DNA of 63,676 nt, filler included, from Ministeria vibrans ATCC 50519 (taxonomy: Eukaryota > Protista > Filasterea), in NCBI GenBank assembly GCA_943704425.1. It is 10 parts of 10 records of this genome, joined end to end, with 100 filler letters (N's around TTAATTAATTAA, not from the genome) between each part and the next. Parts side by side here need not be neighbours in the genome. Positions count along the whole stretch, not along the records: positions 1 to 7,429 come from CALSCP010002495.1; positions 7,530 to 9,479 come from CALSCP010001504.1; positions 9,580 to 14,859 come from CALSCP010000522.1; positions 14,960 to 46,258 come from CALSCP010000673.1; 6 more parts are not named here. One strand, written 5' to 3'. Below, one piece after another: positions 1 to 17,628 of the stretch (positions are counted from its first letter, which is position 1; every line of letters starts with the position of its first letter). The translations under genes were made by a program, and so were the position numbers. The notes below the pieces were generated by a model that saw only the letters and a list, made by a program, of their open reading frames with translations, did no database searches and was not told where the DNA came from.

Positions 1-134
1 AAAAAAAAAAAGAGCGCACCAAAGTTTGTCTCAGCGTTGCTAAGAGAAGAAAAGAAGAAAAAAACAGCGTGTGGGGCAACTGCGCTGGGCGGGGTGGTTG
101 CCGAACGGTGATCTGACGGTATGTGATGGCGTAG

Positions 135-1170
135 GACCCGCACACGTTCACCGACCTGGACTTTGTGTTCCGTTTGGACGTTGGCAAGACAGCCGAAGCG
201 AACGCGTCACGAGCGCTGGACCATGCCCGCGCCTCTGTGGTCCGCGCCCTCGCCGCCCTCCACGTGGCCGCAAGCACCGCCGCAGGCATCCCCGAACGCG
301 CCATCACCGAGACGCAGGCCCTCACATCAGCCCATATCCTCAAATTAGCTAAGGTGAGTGACTCTCAAGCTTTTTCCTTTTTTTTTTTTTTTTTTTTTTT
401 TTTTTNNNNNNNNNNGCAGAAGCAGCAGGTTTCGGCGCAGGAGCAGCAGTGATCGATAAAATTGTGCGTCATCCGATATGTGTGCCTTCGCTCGCTCCCT
501 CTATTTGTCCTGTACATCTTCTTTTCGTTGCTCTTGCACAAAATTCCTCCCTTTTAGGGTTGAAATTGGGCTCGAAATGTATTCAAAAAAAAAACGAATG
601 TCAAACTGCTATTTAACTTCTGATCCGCTTTTTGGGATGCGCACCTGCCATTGAGTCGTATCTCGTGTGTGTATGTGTGTGTGTCTATGGGCAACGTGCA
701 TGTGTTTGTATTGCGGCTTTTGCCGATGGTATTCGTTGGGTTTCTCATCGGTTTGGCTCCTCTGCATTTCAGGTGGTGAAGAAGCAATCGGCTGTGTTTG
801 AGGACTGCTGGTCGCTGGTCACGCTGCGCCACGCAACCGGGTGCAACATTGATCTTAAGTTTGTCTACCGGATGAAGCACGCCTTTGAGTTCTCCGTCGC
901 ATCCTTTGAGGTGCTCCTGCCACAAGCGTACATTGCGCAGTGCCACGAACGAGCACTGGAATGTGCTCAGGAGAATGCCATCAGATTAGGAGAAGACAGC
1001 ACCGAACGCCAAGCAGATGACGCTGATTGTGAGACACATGGAGTTGTACAACAGAGTAACAATGCGAGTGTGATGACAGTGGTCACTGAGGACGCCTCCG
1101 CTGCTGCTGGACCTGCGCCAAGCCATGACTGTGTTGGTGATGATTCCTGCGACGACTCTGGTGGTGGTGG

Positions 1171-1205
<35 letters not shown>

Positions 1206-2401
1206 CGTGTGAGGCGAGCACTGAGCCGCTGTTGACGTGCTCATGGGGCAATCTGAGCGAGGCACTTGAGCATGTCGGGACTCGCACACTGTTCATACGC
1301 GCACCAGAAGAACTGCGCGGTGGTGGACTCCTCTCTTACTGCTTCCTCCTTATGCGTGGCTACAAAATGCTTGAAAAGTCTTCGTCGTTGTCGTTGTTGT
1401 CGCCCTCTCGTGCCTCTTCTGCTGCTCCTGAAAGCAGCACTGTCACTGCAGCCAGCGAGACTGGCACTGAGCATCCGCAGCACGGTGGTGCCTTCTCGGG
1501 CACTGACAGTGACGACGACAGCGATGTGAGTCCCACCACCACAAGTTCGCTCAACACGTCGACGGGTGCGGACGGTGACGCCGAAAACATTCCTACTGCC
1601 GCCACCACGGCGACGGTGACTGCCACTTCTGAACGCTCTTCTGCGCCTGCTACTGCCTCCGCGCCCTCTCCTGCAGCCCCGGCCGGCAGCGCGTGGGGCA
1701 AGCCTCTCTCTTTTGCCGCTGTGGTTGCTGGTCGCCCGTCGTCCACTGCCCGTCGCCATCCCGCCAGCACCAATGCTGTCAGTGCAACTGCCTCCTCCTC
1801 CTCATCGACATCGTCTCTCCCATCGTCCTCTCCACCTCCACCTCTCCCCTCCCAGTCCTCCCCTCTTCTTCAATCTCCGTCTCCCCTCACCTCCACCGCT
1901 CTCGACCGCCACGAAAAGCACCTGGCCCAGCCCGCCTCGCGCAACCGTGTCCAGCTTGAGGCATACATGACCAACCGCTTTCTCATTGACTTTGGTCGTT
2001 CGCCTCAGCTCCTCCACTCCACCATCTCAAACTACCTCACGAGCCACTTTCCCTTGTCGCCCAACCGCGCGCTCGTCCACCTGTACACTCTCCGCACTGT
2101 ATTTGGGCGCTCCTCTTCACACGACTGTGCCCTTCCCATCGACATTGTCAATGCCCTCATCACCTCCATCCTCGCCCAGCTCCCCCACCACCACCACCAT
2201 CATCATCCTATCGCCCCGCTCCCCCGCTCTCGCCACTCCTCCTCCTCTTCCTCCGCCTCCTCCACCGACTCGGTTCCTCCTTCCTCCTCCACCTCCCGTC
2301 GCTCTAAACAGCACTCCAGTCGCTGTAACAATCCCTCAAAACAACTTCCTGTCACCAACCAGTCGACTCGTCGTCCCTTGGGCACCCGTGATCTCTTTTA
2401 A
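135..2401 (+). CDS. TENT5: TENT5/FAM46-family non-canonical poly(A) polymerase, 5'-partial; exons ~135-353 and 773-2401
   Basis: Exon 135-353 encodes DPHTFTDLDFVF (catalytic DxD). GTGAGT donor at 354 and CAG acceptor ending at 772 join in phase 0. Downstream WSLVTL..GCNIDLKFV..FEFSVASFEVLL, PEELRGGGLLSY and LEAYMTNRFLIDF match FAM46 motifs (WSLISL, VELKFV, FEFSVDSFQI, EEIRGGGLLKY, RYMCSRFFIDF). Confidence 0.88.
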
Positions 2402-3739
2402 CATATACCAAAAAAACTGAACAAATAATAATAATAATAATAATAATAATGAAAGAAAAAATCATAATAATAATCGTATCTACAAGAATGGCCTTACAAT
2501 GGGACGCAAATATAATAATAATTATTATTATTATTATTATTATTAATGTTAATAATAATAATATTTATTATTATAATAATAATTAGTGGCGTTCTTCCAC
2601 CTTTTTATCAGAATCTGTCTTGGAGACGAAGTTTGACGCGCGTCACTCTAGAGCCTAGGCCGTGAGTTTAGAGCATCTGGAGACTTGGACTACGACAGGT
2701 CAGTTGTGGTGTGCTTTGAGCTGTCTAGTGCCTTTCTTGACTGGGTAAACTTTGAATCAACTTGATTTACTTGTTATCGTCTGATAATATATTAATAACA
2801 GATACAGATAACTGTACTTCCAGTCGAGTTCCAGAGTCGTTAGCACGTAGCCGCCCGCTCAGTCGCTGACTACCCCAATTGTAAATTTAATAACCTTTCC
2901 CCTTTCAAACAATAATAGTATTGTATTGCAATAACTCTTTTGCTCCGCAAACGACTCAAGGCGCCCTAAACGGGCCAAATTAAGTCTTCACTATTTATTT
3001 TACTTTAAAGAGAGAAGTGGAGACGTGGCAGGACGCGAGTGGCGAGAGGGAGACGCGCGAGACTCAGCACTGATCTGACGATTGTGCAATTATCACCCAC
3101 AGCAAACCCCCACAGCGCACTCCCAGCCGACGCTCGTGTGCAACCAGTTTGAAAAGTGCTCCCTCCTCTCGGCGTGCGGCGAACAGCCCTGGCGAGGCTG
3201 GTGCGGCGCCATGAGCAGCGCAACACTGTTCAGGTGCAGACAGACCCAACCGAGTCTCACCCCAATGCTCATTCTGCGCCCTCAAAACACGCGCCGGAAC
3301 CAGCCCCTGCTCTTTTTCTTGCGCATTGCGTGTCACTCTGTCCGCTGTTGCGCCGCTAACTCTCCCTTTCCACTTTAAAGTTCTGTCGTTTTTTCTCTCT
3401 CTTTTTTTTAAGTCTGTCACGACAGTTCACTCTGTCTCCAAACCGATCCCCCTACTTCACAAGGGCTGCCATTTACGATCACTAAGCAACCCCTCATTGC
3501 CGCTTGCCCCCTTATCGTCCCCTTTTTCCTTCCGATTCCGCTGAACGATTTTTTTTTTGCATCGTTTGCGAAAACGTTACTGAGTCAATTCCTCCTCTGA
3601 GCGCAACGATAGCCCTCCGCTTGTCGAGTGTGGGTGTGCTCTGGCAGCTATAGGTGTGTTCCCGCTCCGCAAGGGGCCTAGGAACGGACTGCGCAGCGTC
3701 AAAACCAAATTTTGTATTTTTCCTTTCTCTCTCTCTTTC

Positions 3740-3785
<46 letters not shown>

Positions 3786-3858
3786 ATATTGCGTCTTAGT
3801 CTTAGACTGCAAATGATTGTCGTATCACGTCGACTGATGTCTTGTGTGTGGTGTGTAG

Positions 3859-7240
<3,382 letters not shown>

Positions 7241-7254
7241 GTACCTGAATTCCC

Positions 7255-7429
7255 TTTTTTTCTCCTCTCTCTCTATCACTTTGTTTCTTTTTCCTCTCTC
7301 TCTATCACTTTGTTTCTTTCTCCTCTCTCTCTATCACTTTGTTTCTTTCTCCTCTCTCTCTATCACTTTGTTTCTTTCTCCTCTCTCTCTATCACTTTGT
7401 TTCTTTCTCCTCTCTCTCTATCACTTTGT
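7255..7429 (+). repeat. Tandem array of ~29-bp unit CTCCTCTCTCTCTATCACTTTGTTTCTTT (intronic satellite)
   Basis: About six near-identical copies running into the contig end; the same unit recurs in introns of other contigs. Confidence 0.9.
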
Positions 7430-7529
7430 NNNNNNNNNNNNNNNNNNNNNNNNNNNNNNNNNNNNNNNNNNNNTTAATTAATTAANNNNNNNNNNNNNNN
7501 NNNNNNNNNNNNNNNNNNNNNNNNNNNNN
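7430..7529. other. Artificial contig spacer (N44-TTAATTAATTAA-N44); also at 9480-9579, 14860-14959, 46259-46358, 51250-51349, 56237-56336, 59631-59730, 61163-61262, 62373-62472
   Basis: The same 100-nt pattern occurs nine times; the 12-mer carries stops in all six frames. Confidence 0.97.
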
Positions 7530-8400
7530 CAGGGCGGCAGTTGTTCCCAGGAGAGTTCCTGACGAAGCAGGAATTGCAAATGCAATTAGAAACGATACCA
7601 CTGCAATATGCGATATCTGCATTGTGAAGGTGGTAGAGGGGACAGTGGGTGGCCGGGTGGGCACTTCGACAGGTTGCGGCTGGGAGGCAGACAGTGACGA
7701 GATTGAATTCAGACTTCAGTGCTTTTTTTTTTTTCACTTTTTAGTCAACTGTTCAAAAAAAAATTCATAATCAATGTTCAATGTTTCGTCAATTCCTCGT
7801 CAATATCTATTCGAAATATATTACAATCTACCACGAAGGAAGAAACAATATTCTCCGCGAACCAGGTAAAATAATTCCAGTTCCCAACTTCCAAGGTGCA
7901 GGAGTGATTACTGGTTAGGGTTCTTGGTGACTGGGGTTTCAGATCGTTTGCGATGGCATAAATATTCTGTTTTCTTCGAATGATCAAATGATTCATGAAA
8001 CGGGAATCCCTGTGGCTGGGTTTAGTGGTTCTGATTCACTTGGACACAGTGCCACTTGGGTAGAAGAAAACAGCTCAGAACTCATCAACTCGCTCAGAAG
8101 TCAGATGCACAACAGATAACAGAAGAATCGAGGTGTGACTAAAGGGATTGTGGGCTCGGTGACAACATTGGGATAGCGAGAGACGGGCAGAGACGGGGTT
8201 GGCTGATGGCCAGACAAGTGACGCGATAGGCGAGCTGCCGGCACAAAGACTAGCGTGCGTCAACACAAGTGCTGATAAAAAAAGAGCTGCGAGCGCAAAG
8301 GCTGGCGGAAGACTGGCGCTGCGTCAAATAATAATCATATTTCAATCATATTTCAATCATAATTCATTCGAATCTTCTTAGAACAATATTTTATTCAACG

Positions 8401-9479
8401 ATGCGCCTCATAATACCTGCTATCGGGTGTTTGTTGATGGCACTGAGTGTACTCACTGTACCGACTCAGGCAGCCGTCGCTCCGTTTGAGTTGCGCTATT
8501 TTGACTATTCTGTGACCGTGTCGCACGCCACAAGAATCCCTCAAAACCCCCACCGCCACCACGATGCGGCTTCGGGTCTGCACATGCACGAAGAAGCCCC
8601 CGCCATGCTCTGCGATGCGGCGTACCTTCTCTCGCTGACGGCGTCGCACGCTTCGCTCCGAATGCGGTCTGCCGTCTGCCTGAACAGTCGACAGGGAAAC
8701 GTCAACGAAACCGTCCACCTCCCCATCACCCTCGCAAGGTACGTTGTTGAGCACTGCGTTGTGTTCGTTGGTATGCGTTGAGTGGTCGTCACTTCAGCTT
8801 CCCAAAGGAGGTGAAGGAGAGGTGCGAAGTGAATACCTTGCAAGCCTTGGTGATAAAGAAAGGAGAAAAAGACAAAACGAAGAAAAAAAAAACACTTGCG
8901 ACTTGTCAGGCATGTACGCCCGTTTCGGATGATAGCCGCGTTCAAGGCATTTTTCCTCAACCATCTCAGCCGCCAGTACAGACGTTTTCACCTTGCGAAG
9001 CCTTCATTTGCACACTGTGTGAAAGCTGAGTGAACAACAATTATCGCCGTTTCAGCCCATGATTGCCCTCTCTGTAGCCCCGCTCGAGATATTGCTCGTC
9101 AGCTCATACCCATCTCATCACAGATACCTGTGCCCCCTCTTGGGGCTATGCAGTCGAGAAGAAAAAAGAAAAAAAAAAGAAAAACAAATCAGAAAAAAAA
9201 AAAAAACTTTGCACACATGGCCATGGACATGAGGGGACATGGGCTTCGGTCGGCGCGTGCGCTCCCACACTCAAAGTGTACTATGTCCCACTTGCCTTCG
9301 TTTTCATCGCCACTTTTTCACCTGACACTCACACGGTTTTTTTTATTATAGTGACGGCGAAATACACGTAACGGATGATGGAACGCTGGGCGACGATAGC
9401 GAAGGATCCATTGAGCAGCAGCTTCGATGGACCCTTCGCATTCTTCTGGCACAGTTCCCACGCGCGCTCGTCGAGGGCC
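8401..9479 (+). CDS. Putative secreted protein of unknown function, multi-exon, 3'-partial
   Basis: N-terminus MRLIIPAIGCLLMALSVLTVPTQA looks like a signal peptide. AG|GTACG donor near 8739, followed by further coding-like GC-rich blocks up to the contig end. Confidence 0.5.
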
Positions 9480-10105
9480 NNNNNNNNNNNNNNNNNNNNN
9501 NNNNNNNNNNNNNNNNNNNNNNNTTAATTAATTAANNNNNNNNNNNNNNNNNNNNNNNNNNNNNNNNNNNNNNNNNNNNCACACACACATATTATGAACC
9601 CCATCCTCAACGAGGCACCAGTGCGTGGAAGCCTCAGGCAAAGCAGAGACACAAAACAATACAAAAAAAACTCTTTTCGACTGTCGACAACAATATATTT
9701 TTCATATCGTCCTCTCGTCATGTAACACGTGTTATTTACTTCAACGAATACAATTTCGACACGTGTGAAGGCTGAAATACGTTTCAAACTTCTGAAAAAA
9801 AATTCATTCCCATTTACCAATGTAGAAAGAGTGAAGGAAGCGTACCACTGTCGTTAGTGTCGTAAGTGTTGACTGGGTGCTGCCGTGCTGGGGTCCCAGA
9901 AGAGGATTGAGAGAATTAATCAAAATTAAAGTAAATAATTTCCTCGTAATTATTTGATCCACAAAAAAAATAAAACGCGCGAAATTTCACCATTCACTGC
10001 CTTCTTGCTTGCTGTGAAGTCCTCGCCAAAGAGCATTCTGTTCGACACTCCCGCTCGTCACGCGGCGGCATGGGTTGTCGTTTAAAATAATTTTTATTAA
10101 TATTA

Positions 10106-13100
10106 TTATTGGATGTCTTGCAACAACAGAGCACCATCCGACTGAATGGGCTGGTCAGGTATGGCCTTCTTGACGCCCTTGAAACTGAAATTGCGCGGCA
10201 ATGTGCCCGTCTCCATGAAACGATGAAACTGCTGTTCGTTGAGGTCGTCCATGTCCTCCGGCATGAGCTCGACGGGCGGTGCGCTCGTCTGACGCTGCAG
10301 AGAGCGCTTCACGGCACGCGCCATGTCAGGGCTATTGAGCGTACTCTACATAAGAAAAAGTTGAAGAATAAGACCTCTTTCTCAGCCTCTCCCCCTTGCA
10401 GTCCGTACCACATAGGCTTTGCGAGCCTTGACGAGATCACTTGCGGCCCGTGCGGGACACAGCACCTCCAATTTGTGCTTGGTCTCCACGTTGAGCACGG
10501 GCTTGTCCACTCCACCGTCCAGTCGGAACAGAATGTCAGACTTGGACCCTTTGGCAAGCACTTGAATCTTATCCACAATGCTAGGGGTTCAACAGAATAA
10601 GAAAAACGACTCCCATTTGACTCAAAAAAAAAGCAAAAAAAAAAAAAGGGAAGAACAAAGAAAGGCGTCCTTACTTGAGCTTGATGGCAAAGCGCGTCGA
10701 CTTCTCATACTGGCGACACGTCTTGGCGACAAACTCAATGCAAGAGTCACTCATAAAGATATAATCGCCTTTTTTAGCATCCTCCGCCGGCATCTCCTTC
10801 ATGTCCAGATGCACCACACAGATGTTGTCGTCAAAGGGCGACACGGAGACAGCACTGATTGCATCAAACGGAATCTGCACACGCACACACACAAAGATGG
10901 AGAACGACGCACAGTAAGTAAACTGATAAATACACCTATACTACAAGTAAATCCGATCGTAGTCACAAACAATCGCACACAATGAATCACACACCATTCA
11001 ATCAGACTAATAATAATACTAATAATAATAAATGATACGACGTTGGTATTGTTCTTATTATTTTACCTTTGACTTGAGTTTGAGCATTGAGTCGAGCACA
11101 AGCAGTCCCGACTGCGACAACACCACAATCCGCGGTCCTCGTTTGAAGTCGCTTCGGTTGATCTTCAGTACCAAATTCGCATAGAATATCTAAAATGAAA
11201 ACCATGTCAGACTCGTCCTCTCTCTCAGTCTCGCTTCCGCCCCAGTCTCGCCCTCTCTCTCTCTCCCTCGTCAATGATGTGTGTGTCTCGGCTTATACTT
11301 GTTCTTTCTTGCAAATGTCATCCCACGCTTGTTTGTTCTTGTGCTCACTGAAATCCAGTTTTACCTACAACACAAACCCTCCATGAATAAAAACAAACTC
11401 TCTCTCTCTCTGTCACTTGGTTTCTTTCTCCCTCCTCTTTCTATTCCGTACTTCACTGAATGGCTTGTTGATGGAATCAGAGTAAAGTGCCTTTTTGCCC
11501 CGGAACAGATCTTCCGCATACGACTTGAGTTTCATGAACTTGAGAGTGTCTGGTCGAATCTAGAGAGTGAAAAGGAGTAAACACCTCATGTGCCATTGAA
11601 ATATAATTATGTCTTGTTCCTTTTTCACCTGTTGACGGTACTTAAGATTGCACCAGCGACGAAAAATGTTCTTGATGATCTCAACAGACTTCTCAACCCA
11701 TGGGATGTCGGCAATGGGCCACCCGACGACAGTGTAGCAGGTGCCGCCCACGACGCCCGTCCGCGGGGCACTCAGATACGAACGACGGATCACCATGCAT
11801 ACCCGCGTCGCCAGTTCCCGACGATACATCCGCTGAATCGTCACTGCTGCGCGGTCCGCCCGACTGTTCGCCTTGATCATCCGCAAGTCGTCTAATTTAC
11901 AATAACGATAATAATTATGATTGTCATTCGCACACAGTCAAATACCATTCACATACACAGTCACTCATGATACAGCAAAAATACTTCGCCACTCGTATAC
12001 CTTCTGTCAAATTCCACTTGCTCGGCAACTGCTCCATTGTCCCACGCCAGGTCCAGGCAACCCACGTCACAAAGGCCTTGCGCCACCAGCGCAGTTTGTT
12101 GCGCGCATACACTTTGGACCACCACCGTTGGATCGTAATGGCAGCGTCGCGGGTCCACAAGAACGACAGACGTACACGCGCCATGCGCATGAACCGCTGC
12201 AGCTGCATTGCTATCCGGTGCAGTGACGCATTTCGCAGAAAGTCAAGCTTGGCAGTTGACAACAGAAACACCTGAAAGAGAGGAGAAAGAAACAAAGTGA
12301 TAGAAAGAGAGAAGAAAGAACAAAGTGATAGAAAGAGGAGAAAAACAAGAGAGAGAGGAGAAAGAAACAAAGTAATAGAGAAACAAAGTGATACAAAAAC
12401 AAACAAACAAGAGCGAGAAAAGACGAGAGATGTGTGAATATTTAAAAAAAGACATAAATTAATATTATTAAATTTTTACCATTGATGAGCCGAGGGCAAA
12501 TTCGGTGCGTTCCATTCCAGCATTGCGGACAATGAGAGTCGCAACTTCGATGTCTTGAAGGTGCTCGTGACGCGGCCAGGTGTCCGGGCAGGTCATCTTG
12601 TAGCGTCGAATAAAGACGCTGTAAGGGAAACGGAGCTCGTAACGCGCCTGGCGTTGGCGGCAGACGGCAAGTAGGGAGGGCAGGTCGTACTGCTTGATCT
12701 GCTTCTGCATGATTTCGTCGTCGTAGTGCATTGCTTGGAACTTGGCGTTGCTCAGCAAGCAGCGCACGACGTGTGCTGTGCGACGGCCGCTCTTGGTGAT
12801 GATACGCTGCATGGCGCGCGTCGGGTACATGTCGTCGTCCTCGTTGGGCACGACCACGTCGCTGCCGCTGGGGTCCTCCGAGATGGTCGCTGCCGTCTCA
12901 ATAGCGCCCTTGACACTCGCCTCGCCACCCACCACAAACAGATTGGCAACCATATCGTCGGATGACTGCTCGAGCACCTTGCGCAGCGGCGCATCGAGAC
13001 GGCGCGAGAGCGGCCGTGACTTGGCCAGCACCTCGTCGATGTTGTACAGCGACTCGCCCGAGTAGTGTTCAATGAAGAAGTTGTCGGGATCGTCCTCGTT

Positions 13101-14850
13101 GATGCCGACGACGCCGTGCTGGCCCGCCGGACTGTCGACGAGCGCAGCGCCAAACGAATCGTGGTCTTGCAGCGACAGGAGTGGAAAGACAATCTTCTCC
13201 ATCACCTGGCACACGCCAATGTTGTCGTTGTACTCGTGATACTCCCACGGCACTCCCTCACGCGTGTGCAGCTTCTGCTCCGCCCCAATCGTCAGCGCCT
13301 GGCACAAGTGGTGCATGCGCTCCTCCGAGTAGTGCGCACACAGCTCCTCGTAGCCATTGACAACGGCTAGACAGGTTTCCTCAGAGCGGTCGCCGCTCAT
13401 CGAGTCAATGACGCCAATGCGCGCACGAATCGTGCGTGCACTAATCTTGCTTGCAGGCTTGATCATCATGTTGATCCAGACACACAGCTGACGGAAAAGA
13501 CGCTCGTAAAGCAAGGTCGCAAGCGCGTCCACCGTCCGGCGTCCATCCTCCTCCAGCAACGGCGGCCCGTCGGTTGAGTCGACACCGCCACTGGCTTTGT
13601 GCAGTGAGCGTGCGAGGGCTGCAGCGTCAACAGCAAGCAGACGCGCGGCCGCTTGCAAGGGCGGATCGCGCGCGTCAAACGGTACGGCAATTTCGCCAAG
13701 GTGCAGAATAACCGCGAGCATCAGGTTGAAAAAGTCAATCTGGTAGAGCTGCAGACCAATGGTGTTGAGGGTGTCCTGGACACGCCCAAAGGCCTTGGCA
13801 GACGTTGCGAGCATGTCCTTGTCCGTCATGTAACGGAAACTGGTGCGTGTGTAGCGGTAGTCTTTGAAGGTGCGCGACGGCAACAGCAACGTGCGCATCT
13901 GCTCGTCGGTGGCGCCCGCCAACATTTCGTAAAAAATGTTGAATGTAGACACCTTGTAACAAAAGAGAAGAGAAAACAAAGTTGGGTCAGTCAGTGGGTC
14001 CGTCACAGAAATGGCGCTCTGGGGGTCCTCGAAGAAGTTCTTATTACGTTGTCAGCGGCAATGGACGACGCCTCGAGGAACGCCACGTCAATATGACCAC
14101 CAACAGGAAGGTTACGAGTGTCGTAGATGAGATCGTAGAGGGCGGTGAAACGAGTCGAGCGATGGTTGCGACCAACACAGGCAGTGCCAAACGAGTCGAG
14201 TGCCACCATGGCAAAGCAGAGGTTCTCCGGCTCCGACGTGCGCTTCAACTGTTGCCATGGCGTACCCGTGGCCAGGTATCGCAAAATCATACGAGTGACT
14301 TCGCTCTTTCCGGCGCCACTAAAGGAAAAAAGATACAAGGTCGTAAGAGCGATAAAAAAAATTGAGCGAAACATAAACTCAAAATGGAGTCGGGAAGAAG
14401 CAATTCACAGAGTGCGTTGTGCTGCCAAAGAGAGATGTCACGGATGCCGGGCGGGACGCATAAAGCTTCGAGAGAACGAAAGGGAAGACAGTGCCCAAAA
14501 AAAAACTCATGACGTAGTGCAAAGGACTCGAGAGAGCTGTGAAGTGAGCGAGGCGGAGCGGCAGCGCTTACGTTTGCCCAGTGCAGAGAATGATCTGATC
14601 GCCAACTTTGCGCATGAGTTGCCAGGAGCGTTCGGCGACGGCAAAGACGTGCGGCGGCAGAGTGTCCTGCAGCGACGCCTGCTGGTGGCTCAGCGCTTGC
14701 TGTTGCGGTCGAGTAGACGAGTACTGTTTGCGGTGTCGCCGGTACTGACTCATGATGGTGTCCTACAGAGAATGGGCCGCATCCATGACGAAGGTGAGCA
14801 CGCAGGTCGACCGCATAGGCGTCGGATGAAGCGCGAAACAAATCCGTTTT
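10106..14850 (-). CDS. Divergent class I-like myosin (motor, IQ motifs, TH1 tail), 5'-partial, multi-exon
   Basis: LPPHVFAVAE; spliced P-loop CTGQTGAGKSE; FNIFYEML; LYERLF; FFIEHYSG; IQ motifs (LQRFMR, IQRWW, IQRMYR). TH1-like segments IFYANLVLKINRSDFK and IPFDAISAVSVSPFDDNICVVH..KGDYIF. Confidence 0.85.
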
Positions 14851-15318
14851 CAAAAAAAANNNNNNNNNNNNNNNNNNNNNNNNNNNNNNNNNNNNNNNNN
14901 NNNTTAATTAATTAANNNNNNNNNNNNNNNNNNNNNNNNNNNNNNNNNNNNNNNNNNNNCGTCTTTTTTTTTTTTTTTTCTCTCTTATTGCTTCCTCGCC
15001 CGATTCTACCTGACTCTCTGGTGCATTTCTCCGGCTCACGCGCGTCCGTCGTGGGGTGTTCTTCGACATGCTATCATTCCCACTGCACTGCGTGTGCCCC
15101 TTTCTACTGACGATTGGTTGTTTTGCCATCGATCGCGCAAGCCATCCGTCGAGTCAAAAGGGGGCTCTGCTCCGTCACGCTCGACACTCCTCTCGCGCGG
15201 CCGCCGCCACCTCCCGCTTGCGTGTCCGACCCGTTTGGTGGCATCTGTGCATGGTGCTGCTGCGTTTGCACAGTCGCTCTCTGTGCTGGCGCAAGGGCGT
15301 TGCATCGCTGTCGTTTAG

Positions 15319-17324
<2,006 letters not shown>

Positions 17325-17628
17325 GAGGGCAAAGATAGAAGATGGAGAGAGAGAGAGAGAGAACGCGTGTGTGTGGAAAAATAATAATAAAATATTTCAT
17401 TACAGATTGTTAATAACAATAATGATAATAATAATAATAATAATAACAATAATTATAATAATAATAATAATTATTATTATTATTATTATTTATTATGATT
17501 ACTGGAAGTTATTCTGTTCACCTTCTTCGATGAAGTTGATCTCCCTTCTCAAATATTTCTTAGTCACTTCACACTTGTATCATTTCTTTCTTTCTCCATT
17601 ACCCCCACTCGTTGCCACTGTGTGACTG

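Noticed and set aside
2585-2900. Complex-looking intergenic segment as a gene or ncRNA
   Set aside because: No ORF of 60 aa or more in the track, and no recognisable motif or structure.
7255-7429. CRISPR-like array
   Set aside because: Head-to-tail units without unique spacers, eukaryotic intron context, no cas genes.
7530-8330. Possible minus-strand gene or transposon fragment
   Set aside because: Only short ORFs, with no recognisable domain or consistent splice path.
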